The notes below the pieces were generated by a model, which was given only the letters and a program-made list of their open reading frames with translations, made no database searches and had not been told where the DNA came from. DNA of 33,860 nucleotides. It comes from a virus (taxonomy: Duplodnaviria; Caudoviricetes). Positions 18,397 through 26,416 of this stretch are shown piece by piece. The number at the start of each line of letters is the position of its first letter. The stretch's first letter is position 1. The position numbers were made by a program, and so were the translations under genes. The stretch spans positions 1 through 33,860 of IMG/VR virus record IMGVR_UViG_3300037461_000406; one strand, given 5' to 3'.

Positions 18397-19149
18397 CTAT
18401 TCAGGGATCGGAAACTCTCCCTTTATAAGTCGCTCCCACTTTTCTTTAACGATTGTCCTGATCGCGGGAGGGAACTCGGTAGATTGTAGCCGATCCAAAT
18501 TTCTCATGACCCACTCGCCGAATCGCTCTTTGTCCAACTTATTGAACTCTTTCATGAGCGCCACCTCGTCGGGGGTCGGAGGCTGTTTGACTTGAGGTTC
18601 TTCCACTTTTTCGGGTTGAGACTCAGCGCCTCTTTTGGACAGCTCAATCTTTTCTGCCGCAGTCCGCAACTCAAACGGAACATCCCGAGACTTCATCGCC
18701 TCGGTGAGTGCCGAGACCTGTTTCATGAGCATCTCCACCTGGGATTGCAGAGACGCATTCTGGTTCAGCACATTCCGCATCATTTCGTTGTCGGTCTGCT
18801 TGATAGACCAAGGTCCCACCAATTCAAGACCCAACTTCAGGGCATGGTCACGAAGATCATCCGTCGGGTCCACATACTCACGATTCGTGTTCTTCCGTCG
18901 TTCGTTGTCCTGGTTGAAGACTGTTACCTGGCGCATCCAGAAGTTCGTCCACGTTTGCATAGCCTCTTTGCGCCTGACCTCGGGGTCATCCCCGAAGTTC
19001 AGGATAATGACTCCACGCCGATCGAACTTGTTCAAAATATGCCGTGCCCTGTTGTCGGGCATGTCCGCGATGTCGCCGGGTTTAAGAGTTCCGTCTTTGC
19101 CGCCGTGCATCCAGAAAATCGGGTCTGGAGTAAAATTCGCAACAATCAT
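18397..19149 (-). CDS. Hypothetical phage protein with coiled coil (250 aa)
   Basis: Start reassigned to ATG 19149 (AGGAG RBS); sits between head and tail genes. Confidence 0.75.
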   Translation of the reverse strand: MIVANFTPDPIFWMHGGKDGTLKPGDIADMPDNRARHILNKFDRRGVIILNFGDDPEVRRKEAMQTWTNFWMRQVTVFNQDNERRKNTNREYVDPTDDLRDHALKLGLELVGPWSIKQTDNEMMRNVLNQNASLQSQVEMLMKQVSALTEAMKSRDVPFELRTAAEKIELSKRGAESQPEKVEEPQVKQPPTPDEVALMKEFNKLDKERFGEWVMRNLDRLQSTEFPPAIRTIVKEKWERLIKGEFPIPE

Positions 19150-19209
19150 GGTAGCTCCTATCATTCTCTGACGTGATCGCAACCAACGTAAGAGAGGAAG
19201 GTAAAATGG

Positions 19210-19713
19210 TTAAGCAGCTTTCACCCAAGGATCCCGCCCCGCTGCTCGGGCGGCCTTTATCTGGTCCAGCGTCAACGCGCCGGGTTTTCTGACCTCTTCT
19301 ATCTTGCGCAGTTCAGGGGCTTTGCTGCCCATGTTCGTGGCCTTACGATAGGTGTTCTTGAGCTGGATCTTATTATCCCGAGAAACTGCGCGGAAATGTT
19401 CCCGGGTATCCCGTTCCAGCTTTTCCTCGTAGTCCCACATGGTCTGCTCGCCCCGGCGAATTCGGGCATCCACTCCGCCGTTCTTCCACAAATCGGCTTC
19501 GTAGAGTTTGCGCATGTCCCGTCCGTCGGGTTGCCGGAACTGCGCGTCGTCCGTTTCCACCAAAAGCACGCCCCAAGGCTGCCCGAAGGCCCGTTGTCGT
19601 CGGATGATAAATCGCTCGGCCATGCGGTCAAACACGATGTCCAACTTATTATCATACTCCTTCAACGTCTTTACGAATGCCCTGTCAGGAACGGGCGGGA
19701 CTCCCTTATACAT
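19210..19713 (-). CDS. Hypothetical phage protein (167 aa)
   Basis: Start reassigned to ATG 19713 (GGAGG upstream; overlaps the sulfotransferase stop); 'LKEYDNKLDIVFD...LYEADLW'. Confidence 0.75.
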   Translation of the reverse strand: MYKGVPPVPDRAFVKTLKEYDNKLDIVFDRMAERFIIRRQRAFGQPWGVLLVETDDAQFRQPDGRDMRKLYEADLWKNGGVDARIRRGEQTMWDYEEKLERDTREHFRAVSRDNKIQLKNTYRKATNMGSKAPELRKIEEVRKPGALTLDQIKAARAAGRDPWVKAA

Positions 19714-20356
19714 TCTTCCCCTCCAGAGTGACTTCATAGTTAGGATCGTTCAGAACCATGATGTCGTTTGCGTCCTTGTAGAAATTGTCCTTGTCCACGC
19801 GCACGAGTTTCTTTTCAAACGTGGCGATTTCCCGCGGGTTCTCGTCCACGCCCTTGGCCGCTTCGGAGATGTCGAACTCCACCTCCAGGAATTCCATAAT
19901 CCCCCGAATGGTTGACTTGGGGTATTTCATGATTTCGGCGTATCGGACGTAATGAGTCGGGATGTTCATTCCCTCAAGGTATCGCCGAGCCCGTTGAATG
20001 GATGTCCAGGGATCGTCCTCCCAAAGAGTTCGTTGGACCATCAACGATGCCACGATCTCGGTGATGTCCCGCTGCATAAAAATAACCTTGACGGGCCTGT
20101 CCAAGGGGAGCAGCGCGATGTAAGGCGTGACTATTTTAATCGCCTTGTTCGCGGTCCAGGAAGGGGGGTGGTCCTGGATCTCCTTGATGTTGTCCAGTTC
20201 CAGCACGCCATGCGGGTCTACCGGATTCACGGGATTCAGGTGTCGATCGCTCACTAGAATATCAAACCCGGCGAATCGCAGGATCCGCATCATCATGCTG
20301 GTTCCCGAACGCGGAAATCCCGAGACTACTAGGGTGGCGCCGTCAAGGTCAATCAA
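19706..20356 (-). CDS. PAPS-dependent sulfotransferase (~216 aa)
   Basis: 5'-PSB loop 'VVSGFPRSGTSMM', 3'-PB motif 'VIFMQRD...VAS', and 'VRYAEIMKYP...IMEFL'. True start probably TTG 20356 (GAGGA 8 nt upstream); the ORF-track extension to 20593 overlaps another gene. Confidence 0.85.
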   Translation of the reverse strand: MIDLDGATLVVSGFPRSGTSMMMRILRFAGFDILVSDRHLNPVNPVDPHGVLELDNIKEIQDHPPSWTANKAIKIVTPYIALLPLDRPVKVIFMQRDITEIVASLMVQRTLWEDDPWTSIQRARRYLEGMNIPTHYVRYAEIMKYPKSTIRGIMEFLEVEFDISEAAKGVDENPREIATFEKKLVRVDKDNFYKDANDIMVLNDPNYEVTLEGKNV

Positions 20357-20360
20357 AAGG

Positions 20361-20531
20361 CTAATCCTCGGGCATCTGTTCCTTGATTCGTTTCTTGCGC
20401 TTGGCGATCTTGTCCTCGACGTCAAAGACACTGAACACGATGTCCTTTGGCTCGTCCGGTTTGGGCGAGGACGGGGACAGAATCGCCTCCTTTGCTTTCT
20501 TGTAGACATTCCGGAGGGTGTAGTCGGCCAT
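20361..20531 (-). CDS. Small Lys-rich hypothetical protein (56 aa)
   Basis: MADYTLRNVYKKAKEAIL...; GAGGAG RBS; begins 1 nt after the kinase stop. Confidence 0.65.
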   Translation of the reverse strand: MADYTLRNVYKKAKEAILSPSSPKPDEPKDIVFSVFDVEDKIAKRKKRIKEQMPED

Positions 20532-20532
20532 G

Positions 20533-20865
20533 TTACTCCTCGTATGTGGTTCCTTCCCAGAGCTCGCCAAAGGGAAGTTGAATTTCGATACACTCTTTGA
20601 ACGTGGACTGCAATCGCTTGCGCACTTCTTTATTCGGGCTTACGCACGAGATGATCGCGACTATCCCGAGCTCCTCGTATTGCGCGGCATTATGCGCGAG
20701 TTGTTCCTGATTGCGCAATCGCCCGACGTCTGAGTAGTCGGGATTCTTATAGAATTGCCGAAATGCCTCGCCGTCCAGCACAACACTGTTCGGAATTTGC
20801 GCAGCAATCTTCTTCGCAAGCGTTGTCTTCCCCGAATTTTTTCTACCAGTAAGCCAGTAAACCAA
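20533..20865 (-). CDS. cysC: Minimal adenylyl-sulfate (APS) kinase-like protein (110 aa)
   Basis: 'YWLTGRKNSGKTTLA' P-loop, 'VLDGEAFR', 'DYSDVGRLRN', 'IISCVSP...R', terminal 'YEE': the CysC motif order, but C-terminally abbreviated. Confidence 0.8.
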   Translation of the reverse strand: MVYWLTGRKNSGKTTLAKKIAAQIPNSVVLDGEAFRQFYKNPDYSDVGRLRNQEQLAHNAAQYEELGIVAIISCVSPNKEVRKRLQSTFKECIEIQLPFGELWEGTTYEE

Positions 20866-20868
20866 AAG

Positions 20869-21486
20869 TTACTCCCGCACGAAGGTAATCTTTTTATGAC
20901 AAGTTACACAAAGTGTGACGCCATTGCTCAAGTCGAATCGGAGTTCTGGATAATCTGCCCACGGCAGTTTGTGGTGCGCTTCCAGTTCTCCGCTGTTTTT
21001 CCGGCTTTTCTTTCCACAGGTCTGGCACGTGTAATTATCTCGTCTAAAAACTTCACGCCGCCACCAAGCGACGCCATCCCGTTTTCGTGTAATCCCGCCT
21101 TTCCATTTATAATGATATTCTCCTGCTACATCAGGACGCTTTCTTCCAGTCAAGGACTTGCGTATTTTCTCTTTTGTCTTCGCGCTCCGAGGATGCCTTG
21201 CCCATTCCGCTGACTTATTCTTATTCCACGGTTCCTGCTTCGGTTTAAAACCGGATGCTACGCCAACACAGTGCGAACTACAATACCGAACCTTTTTACT
21301 TCGGGCAACAAACTCTGTGCTACAGACGCTGCAAACCCTACGAAGCTGCGCTTTCTTCCCTTTGTTATGCGGAATGTTACCTTTATTGAACCCACTTACC
21401 TTTCCAGCGCAACTTCGCGAACAGTATCGTCGTCTGCTTTCTCTTGTGATAAAGACTTTTCCGCACAGTTCACAATACTTCTGCAA
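20869..21486 (-). CDS. Free-standing HNH homing endonuclease with Zn-finger and NUMOD3-like repeats
   Basis: Two CxxC...CSxxC units, 'KGNIPHNKGKK', 'TKEKIRKSLTG', 'WKGG', 'RDNYTCQTCG...EAHH...NGVTLCVTCH'. Start probably TTG 21486 (GGAGGT RBS) rather than 21519. Confidence 0.85.
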   Translation of the reverse strand: MQKYCELCGKVFITRESRRRYCSRSCAGKVSGFNKGNIPHNKGKKAQLRRVCSVCSTEFVARSKKVRYCSSHCVGVASGFKPKQEPWNKNKSAEWARHPRSAKTKEKIRKSLTGRKRPDVAGEYHYKWKGGITRKRDGVAWWRREVFRRDNYTCQTCGKKSRKNSGELEAHHKLPWADYPELRFDLSNGVTLCVTCHKKITFVRE

Positions 21487-21575
21487 TCTCCCGCACCTCC
21501 GCCAAAGATCCGGTCCCATCCATCGCGGAACTCTGAGCTCACGCGCCCGGGATGCCAGTCTGATGTATGGCTCAT
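21396..21575 (-). CDS. Small phage peptide with 'FRDGWDRIFG' motif (59 aa; not in ORF track)
   Basis: Translated by hand: MSHTSDWHPGRVSSEFRDGWDRIFGGG...; GGAG RBS; its 3' half overlaps the HNH gene. Confidence 0.55.
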   Translation of the reverse strand: MSHTSDWHPGRVSSEFRDGWDRIFGGGAGDCRSIVNCAEKSLSQEKADDDTVREVALER

Positions 21576-21576
21576 G

Positions 21577-21828
21577 CTACTTCTCCACGATCTTGAGAAT
21601 CTTCTTGCACGTGTCGTCTACTTCTTTAATCCGATCTTTCAAGTCGTTGATCTTATCCTTTATGGTATGAAGATCATCCTTAACATCGGATATGTCAATC
21701 CGGTGCTGGGAAATGAACCCGGCCCCGGAGCAATAACTGCATATCATGGATTCCGGGGAGCCCCCCGTAGGGAGCACCCCGGTTCCTGCACAAAAAGAGC
21801 ACTTTACTGCAATTTCGGTGTACGCCAC
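21577..21828 (-). CDS. DnaJ-type zinc-finger + coiled-coil small protein (83 aa)
   Basis: Two CxxCxGxG motifs (CSFCAGTG, CSYCSGAG) followed by a heptad repeat 'ISDVKDDLHTIKDKINDLKDRIKEV'. Confidence 0.75.
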   Translation of the reverse strand: MAYTEIAVKCSFCAGTGVLPTGGSPESMICSYCSGAGFISQHRIDISDVKDDLHTIKDKINDLKDRIKEVDDTCKKILKIVEK

Positions 21829-21845
21829 GAGTTACCTCGCTTTGG

Positions 21846-22820
21846 TTACGATACCGCTGTTCCAACACCTCCGGCTTCGTTGGCCGCAGGAGCGGAGACT
21901 TTCACTGTTGCACTGGCAGCCTCGGCCCAGTCAGTGACGTTGTAGGCGTGACAGTCAATGAACCAGGAACAGCCCTGGGTCGGGTGACTATCGAGCACTT
22001 TGGTTAGGGTCACGTCACGGTCGCCCTGGAAGAAGTCGCAGCGTCTGAACAAAGTCAGGGCCGCTTCACCACCAGGATCAGCCGCGTTGTACACAAAGCA
22101 GTGGCCCGCCTCGTTGGAATACGCCATAAAGAGGCAATCCTCGAATACCGTAGGCCCGGTGTTACCGGCCAGGTACACTTCATAGGCATCAGCCTCAGCC
22201 GCCTGTACCGTCCACGCACCAAACTTGCAGTGCAGGAATGCGTTGTCTTGGCATCCTGAAGCGATGTTCACGATCTTGTAAGCCGCAGCAGCTTCAGTGG
22301 CGTGAAGCGGACCGTTGAAGTCGCAGTTCATAAACACGTTATTCGCGTTGCCGGAATAAGTCAGGGACACGGCGGTACGAGCACTGGACTTGTTGTTACC
22401 CCACTGGAAATGGACATTCTTCCACTGAGTGCCCCGTCCACTGATCGTAAAGGCCGTAGCCACGTCTGCGCCAGTCAGGGTGATCCTGGACCGTCCATGT
22501 GTCGGAGACCAGGGAGCCGCACCGATAACTGTGGTATAGCTCTTCGACCAGGTGAACGCCGTTGTGCCCGAGGTGAACCCGGAGTTGGGCATAACCACCA
22601 GAATGTCGTTCCGGAAACTCCCCAGCGCGTTGTAGGCATTGGTGAGTGAAGTGTGGATATGGTCATTCTCCACGCCCATTTCGCCAAGCATCTGGTTGAA
22701 GTACGTAGTGGCGGAGTCCGCGGCAACGAGAAAATGCACGTCACCAATTCCCGGCCCAAGACCGGACTCGGACTGAATCCACTGAATCAGGCTCGGATGA
22801 AGATTTCGTTTCTGAATCAT
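21846..22820 (-). CDS. Right-handed beta-helix virion protein (head fibre / decoration; 324 aa)
   Basis: Directly after the capsid gene; 'NAYNA...NDILVVMP' cap, then repeated 'FxxCxF' rungs (FMNCDF, FLHCKF, FEDCLF, FRRCDF). Confidence 0.65.
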   Translation of the reverse strand: MIQKRNLHPSLIQWIQSESGLGPGIGDVHFLVAADSATTYFNQMLGEMGVENDHIHTSLTNAYNALGSFRNDILVVMPNSGFTSGTTAFTWSKSYTTVIGAAPWSPTHGRSRITLTGADVATAFTISGRGTQWKNVHFQWGNNKSSARTAVSLTYSGNANNVFMNCDFNGPLHATEAAAAYKIVNIASGCQDNAFLHCKFGAWTVQAAEADAYEVYLAGNTGPTVFEDCLFMAYSNEAGHCFVYNAADPGGEAALTLFRRCDFFQGDRDVTLTKVLDSHPTQGCSWFIDCHAYNVTDWAEAASATVKVSAPAANEAGGVGTAVS

Positions 22821-22867
22821 GAGTGAATCCTTTCACAGTTTTCCCCACTTTCGTGGATACTTTAGTT

Positions 22868-22906
22868 AAGAGGTAAAGGGTGGGGGTATTAGCCCCACCC
22901 GTTTTT
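22868..22906 (-). terminator. Intrinsic terminator / attenuator after the capsid gene
   Basis: 8-bp stem GGGTGGGG/CCCCACCC (22878-22900); weak U tract on the minus strand (TTTACCTCTT) and T5 on the plus strand, so possibly leaky and bidirectional. Confidence 0.65.
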
Positions 22907-22911
22907 AGTGA

Positions 22912-24249
22912 TTACCACACCAGAGAAGTCGGCTCGGTCAGGTCGTCCAGGAGAGTCAGCGCGTTTCTCTGCTCCACGCCGAGGTTGGCGTAGGTGCGGA
23001 GGAACATCGTCGCCTGGTCGTAATCCTGTCTCCAGTGCATCTTCTGCCCGTCCAACCCGCCCCAACCGATCGGGGTCAGTTCGTACTTCTTGATCGCCTC
23101 TTTGGGGAAGAAGTACATCCTGTTGGGTTGCGCGTGGGGATCGAAGACCATGTCGATCTGCCCATTCTGGGAGAACTTCAGGGTCTCATACCCACCGACG
23201 AAATTGGCACTGGCGTACCGGATGTCCGGAGCAAGAAGAGCGAAATACTTCCTGCGCTGTCCGAGGCCGGTCAGAATGCAGTCCGGCGCGACACCGGACC
23301 GGGTCATGCTGAGGTCCACCGCCGCGAGCATGAGGTCAATGGAGAGCTCACGATTCACGGAAGAGTTGCTCAGGATGTTGGCCTTGAACTCCGGGTCAGC
23401 GGAGATAGTGACGCCTTCAAACGAGGAGAGCACGGTCCCGTCGTCGAACATGGCATTGAGCCCGTCCAACTCGTACCGGGTCGTGGTCACGTGAGCCGCA
23501 GCCCTGGCACCGTAACGAACCACATAGGAGCCCGAGGCTACGGTAGAGGCCGCGATGGTGTAGGATCGGGCAGCCGCGAGGGGATGGTAGGCCTGGTAGG
23601 TCCCACCACCCGCGCCGGTCGGGGATTTCTCCATCTCGGCGGTCTTTGCGGTCGGGTTGATGCTCGCGATCCTCTGGGCAACGGCGCTCTGGTCAATCGC
23701 GGTGCTCTGGTAGAAGTCCACGATCATACCTTTGCGCAGATACCGGATGCCCCGGTCGTTGCTACAGGTAATGGTCCAGGTCGTGGAGGTGGACAGCGTG
23801 TCGGAAGTGGTGGACAACGTAGCCAGAAGCCCGGTGCCGTCACCCCAGCACTGCCGGTTCAAATCAACCACGAGGGACTTGTAAAGGTTGGAGATCGCGT
23901 CGCCCTGAACATCAGCGAACGCCATCAGGTCGCCTTTGCCGGCCTCAATAGCAAGACCGGAGAGCCGAAGCGCGCCGTAGATCAGCTTCGGCGTAATGAC
24001 GCCCTGCACGCCGTCGCCCGGAAGGGGCTCAGGAAGGTACGCATTTTCAGCGCGCCCACCCACGGCCTCGTTGTCGGCCTGGCGAAGCGCAAAATAGAAT
24101 CCTGCGCCGCCCGGCTTGTACTGGGCCTTGCGTCCGGACTTCATGAACATGTTGTACGTCATCATCTGCCGGGCAAAAAGATCCGTGATCTGATCACCGT
24201 AGATCCTTTTGAGCTGGTAGGCAATGGCAGTGGTATCAATCTGAGACAT
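22912..24249 (-). CDS. Major capsid protein (445 aa)
   Basis: Follows the scaffold, has an AGGAGG RBS and is followed by a terminator; 'DLNRQCWGDGTG', 'ELDGLNAM', 'GGYETLKF', 'YANLGVEQRNA' fit an HK97-fold coat with an insertion domain. Confidence 0.85.
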   Translation of the reverse strand: MSQIDTTAIAYQLKRIYGDQITDLFARQMMTYNMFMKSGRKAQYKPGGAGFYFALRQADNEAVGGRAENAYLPEPLPGDGVQGVITPKLIYGALRLSGLAIEAGKGDLMAFADVQGDAISNLYKSLVVDLNRQCWGDGTGLLATLSTTSDTLSTSTTWTITCSNDRGIRYLRKGMIVDFYQSTAIDQSAVAQRIASINPTAKTAEMEKSPTGAGGGTYQAYHPLAAARSYTIAASTVASGSYVVRYGARAAAHVTTTRYELDGLNAMFDDGTVLSSFEGVTISADPEFKANILSNSSVNRELSIDLMLAAVDLSMTRSGVAPDCILTGLGQRRKYFALLAPDIRYASANFVGGYETLKFSQNGQIDMVFDPHAQPNRMYFFPKEAIKKYELTPIGWGGLDGQKMHWRQDYDQATMFLRTYANLGVEQRNALTLLDDLTEPTSLVW

Positions 24250-24270
24250 GGAATAATTCCTCCTGGGAAA

Positions 24271-25236
24271 TTAGTGTGCGGCCTCCGCGCCTTTGAGAAG
24301 AATCTCAAGAAACTCGTTCTTCGCTTGGCCGAAGACCTGGTCAACTGAGGCATCTTTCGGTAGCGGCGTCCTCTGTGCGCCTTGCCCAGGACTGACAGGA
24401 GCTCCCTGTTGGGTAGTATCTACTGCCAATTTAGACTTTCCAGCGACATAGTCATTGATCGCGCTCTGCTTAATTTTTTGGACCAGGGTCTGGAAATTGG
24501 TGATGCCCTCTCGTGCCATCTTCCGGACTGCCATCTGGTCCTCTATATCTATCATGTTCGCGGGATTCTCTACCCCGAGAACCAATTTGAGAAGCCCCAG
24601 CTCGTGTTCGGGTAATGGAGTTTCTACGGAGCTGATGACTTTATCGACCTCAGTGTTGAACCCCTGAATCACCTTCTGCGCGTGCTCTCGGGACTCTACG
24701 GTGCTTTTGAAATTCTCGTGGGCATCCCGCAGTTCCTGATTTTCCCGCTCCAGACGTTCAGCTCTGGCCTCTGGGGTCTCGCCTTCGTACTGCTTGGCAC
24801 GTTTCTGCTCGTCCCAATTCTGCCTAACGCGGTTCGCGTATTCGGCGTCCTCGATAAGTTTCTTGGCGTCGCGTTCGCCCAGCAACTTTTTGATGGACAT
24901 GCCATCGGCGAGTTTCTGACCCAGTTCCTCTAAATTGAGGATGCCGTGCTCCTGGAGCAACTTATCAACGGCTGCTTCGGTGGCCCGGGCTTTCTTCCAC
25001 TTCGGGTCTTGGTCATACGGAAGAGGTTTCTCTCCCGGTTTATCGGAGGGCTGGGCGCCCTGTACGGCAGGACTCTTACCAGCGTCCTGGGTTGCTGGGG
25101 GAGTAGGGGTTGCTCCCGGTTGCCCCTGTGCCGGAGGGGGAGTCCCGGCGTTGCCCCCGTCGGTGGGAACAGCCCCGGACGTCGAAATCTTGGCGTCGGC
25201 AAAACTGATCCCGGCAAAAACGTCTTCTAAACTCAT
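24271..25236 (-). CDS. Capsid scaffolding protein (321 aa)
   Basis: Pro/Gly-rich N-terminus, 'PYDQDPKWK', long charged helices; immediately upstream of the capsid gene; AAGGAG RBS. Confidence 0.75.
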   Translation of the reverse strand: MSLEDVFAGISFADAKISTSGAVPTDGGNAGTPPPAQGQPGATPTPPATQDAGKSPAVQGAQPSDKPGEKPLPYDQDPKWKKARATEAAVDKLLQEHGILNLEELGQKLADGMSIKKLLGERDAKKLIEDAEYANRVRQNWDEQKRAKQYEGETPEARAERLERENQELRDAHENFKSTVESREHAQKVIQGFNTEVDKVISSVETPLPEHELGLLKLVLGVENPANMIDIEDQMAVRKMAREGITNFQTLVQKIKQSAINDYVAGKSKLAVDTTQQGAPVSPGQGAQRTPLPKDASVDQVFGQAKNEFLEILLKGAEAAH

Positions 25237-25285
25237 GTTTGGCTCCTTCGGCTAACTATGTAACCCGAGGGTTAAAATAGTGAGT

Positions 25286-25384
25286 GTGTCATACCATCTT
25301 TCGCACAATGCCACAATGTTGTCAACACACGGCACACCGACACGACTGCACAGTTAGTTAGACACTTCGTCTGTTAGTGTCTAA
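25286..25384 (-). promoter_or_regulatory. Putative promoter region of the head operon with a palindromic site
   Basis: 260-bp AT-richer gap containing TTGACA (25320-25325), a TGnTATGAC extended -10-like element, and TTAGACA-N13-TGTCTAA at 25358-25384. Confidence 0.5.
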
Positions 25385-25497
25385 TTTTCACCCACATATA
25401 ATGCTCTATAGTAAGACTAGGGTCAGAAATATGTTGAGAGTAGTGTGCAGTGTAGCAGTGTGTAGTAGTGTAGGATAAGGGACTAAGTTAAACTGAC

Positions 25498-25776
25498 TTA
25501 TCCTGGGTATTCTTTAGGCACACTTTGATCATAGAGTTTATGACACGTCGGACATAGGCAAATCCCATTGTCTAAATCGAACTGGAGTTCAGGATGTTTG
25601 GACCTTCGCAAAATGTGGGCTGCCTGAACAACAGGTCCATGATACCCACACGCCCGACAAGTCCAGCCATCTCTCGCGAGGACCGCACGCCTCCAATTCT
25701 GACTGTTAGGATCACTTTTCAGATCTCGGTCCTTCGCGTAGTTTCTGGGACTTTTTCCGGTCCTGACGGTCATCAC
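25498..25776 (-). CDS. Small HNH endonuclease (92 aa)
   Basis: 'WRRAVLARDGWTCRACG...AAHI...NGICLCPTCH'. Confidence 0.85.
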   Translation of the reverse strand: MMTVRTGKSPRNYAKDRDLKSDPNSQNWRRAVLARDGWTCRACGYHGPVVQAAHILRRSKHPELQFDLDNGICLCPTCHKLYDQSVPKEYPG

Positions 25777-26255
25777 TCACCCTCTAAGGGGTTTTCCTTC
25801 ACCATCTGGGTCCATTCCTTCAAACTCCGTTTTTTGCGGGGTGCGGGGTATTTTGCGTCTACGGCTCCCGGAGTGGAGTAATTCTCCATGGTCTCTTTCA
25901 CGTAAGCCCGAGTCTTGGGACCCGGAGGTCGGGTGTAAGTTCCGGTCACTCCCATGTGGTAAGCCTGGATCGCTTTGGCCTGGTCCCCGTCAAACTCCTC
26001 TAATAGGTCCGCGAGGTAGGCGGCCCCGGCTTTGATATTTTGCCGGGGATCCAGAGGGTCAGTTACCTTGTACTTCCGGGCTATCGGAGGGGTGATCTGC
26101 ATGATCCCGAGCGCCCCCTGCTTAGACCTCGCCCGCGGATTGAACGAGGACTCAGAGTAGGCCACAGCGTTCAGGAGGTCTCTATGGACCCCGTATTCCT
26201 GCTCGGCCTCGTCGAAGTATCTCTGAACCATTTGGTAGGTTTCGTAGTCGCCCAT
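25773..26255 (-). CDS. Lytic transglycosylase (SLT domain; 160 aa)
   Basis: Catalytic 'ESSFNP', 'GALGIMQ', 'DPRQNIKAGAAYL', 'AYHMG' (variant of AYNxG). Confidence 0.9.
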   Translation of the reverse strand: MGDYETYQMVQRYFDEAEQEYGVHRDLLNAVAYSESSFNPRARSKQGALGIMQITPPIARKYKVTDPLDPRQNIKAGAAYLADLLEEFDGDQAKAIQAYHMGVTGTYTRPPGPKTRAYVKETMENYSTPGAVDAKYPAPRKKRSLKEWTQMVKENPLEGE

Positions 26256-26416
26256 TACTTCTTCGCCTTTTTGTGCATGGCTCTCGCGCCTTTTGCATGT
26301 ACGCCTTTGATGGTTCCTTTGTTTTCCGACGCATAGAAGACCCGTTCTCCCTTTTCGGAGCCATACTGGTCCTTCATCGCGGCCATTATCTTGTTACCTT
26401 TGGCTGTGAGTGGCAT
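26255..26416 (-). CDS. Small basic phage protein (53 aa; not in ORF track)
   Basis: MPLTAKGNKIMAAMKDQYGSEKGERVFYASENKGTIKGVHAKGARAMHKKAKK; TAATG coupling at both ends. Confidence 0.8.
   Translation of the reverse strand: MPLTAKGNKIMAAMKDQYGSEKGERVFYASENKGTIKGVHAKGARAMHKKAKK

Noticed and set aside
20357-20593. N-terminal extension of the sulfotransferase in the ORF track
   Set aside because: Overlaps the kinase end and the 56-aa gene; an in-frame TTG with RBS at 20356 sits just before the PSB motif.
20869-21575. Group I intron around the HNH gene
   Set aside because: No non-coding space for a ribozyme core, and the flanking genes are not two halves of one gene.
22845-22856. CCAC-GAAA-GTGG tetraloop as part of a riboswitch
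   Set aside because: Only a 4-5 bp stem; the surrounding sequence does not match an aptamer I recognise.
23035-24348. 437-aa plus-strand ORF and the many other plus-strand ORFs
   Set aside because: Antisense shadows of GC-rich minus-strand genes; no recognisable motifs or RBS, and they fully overlap well-supported genes.
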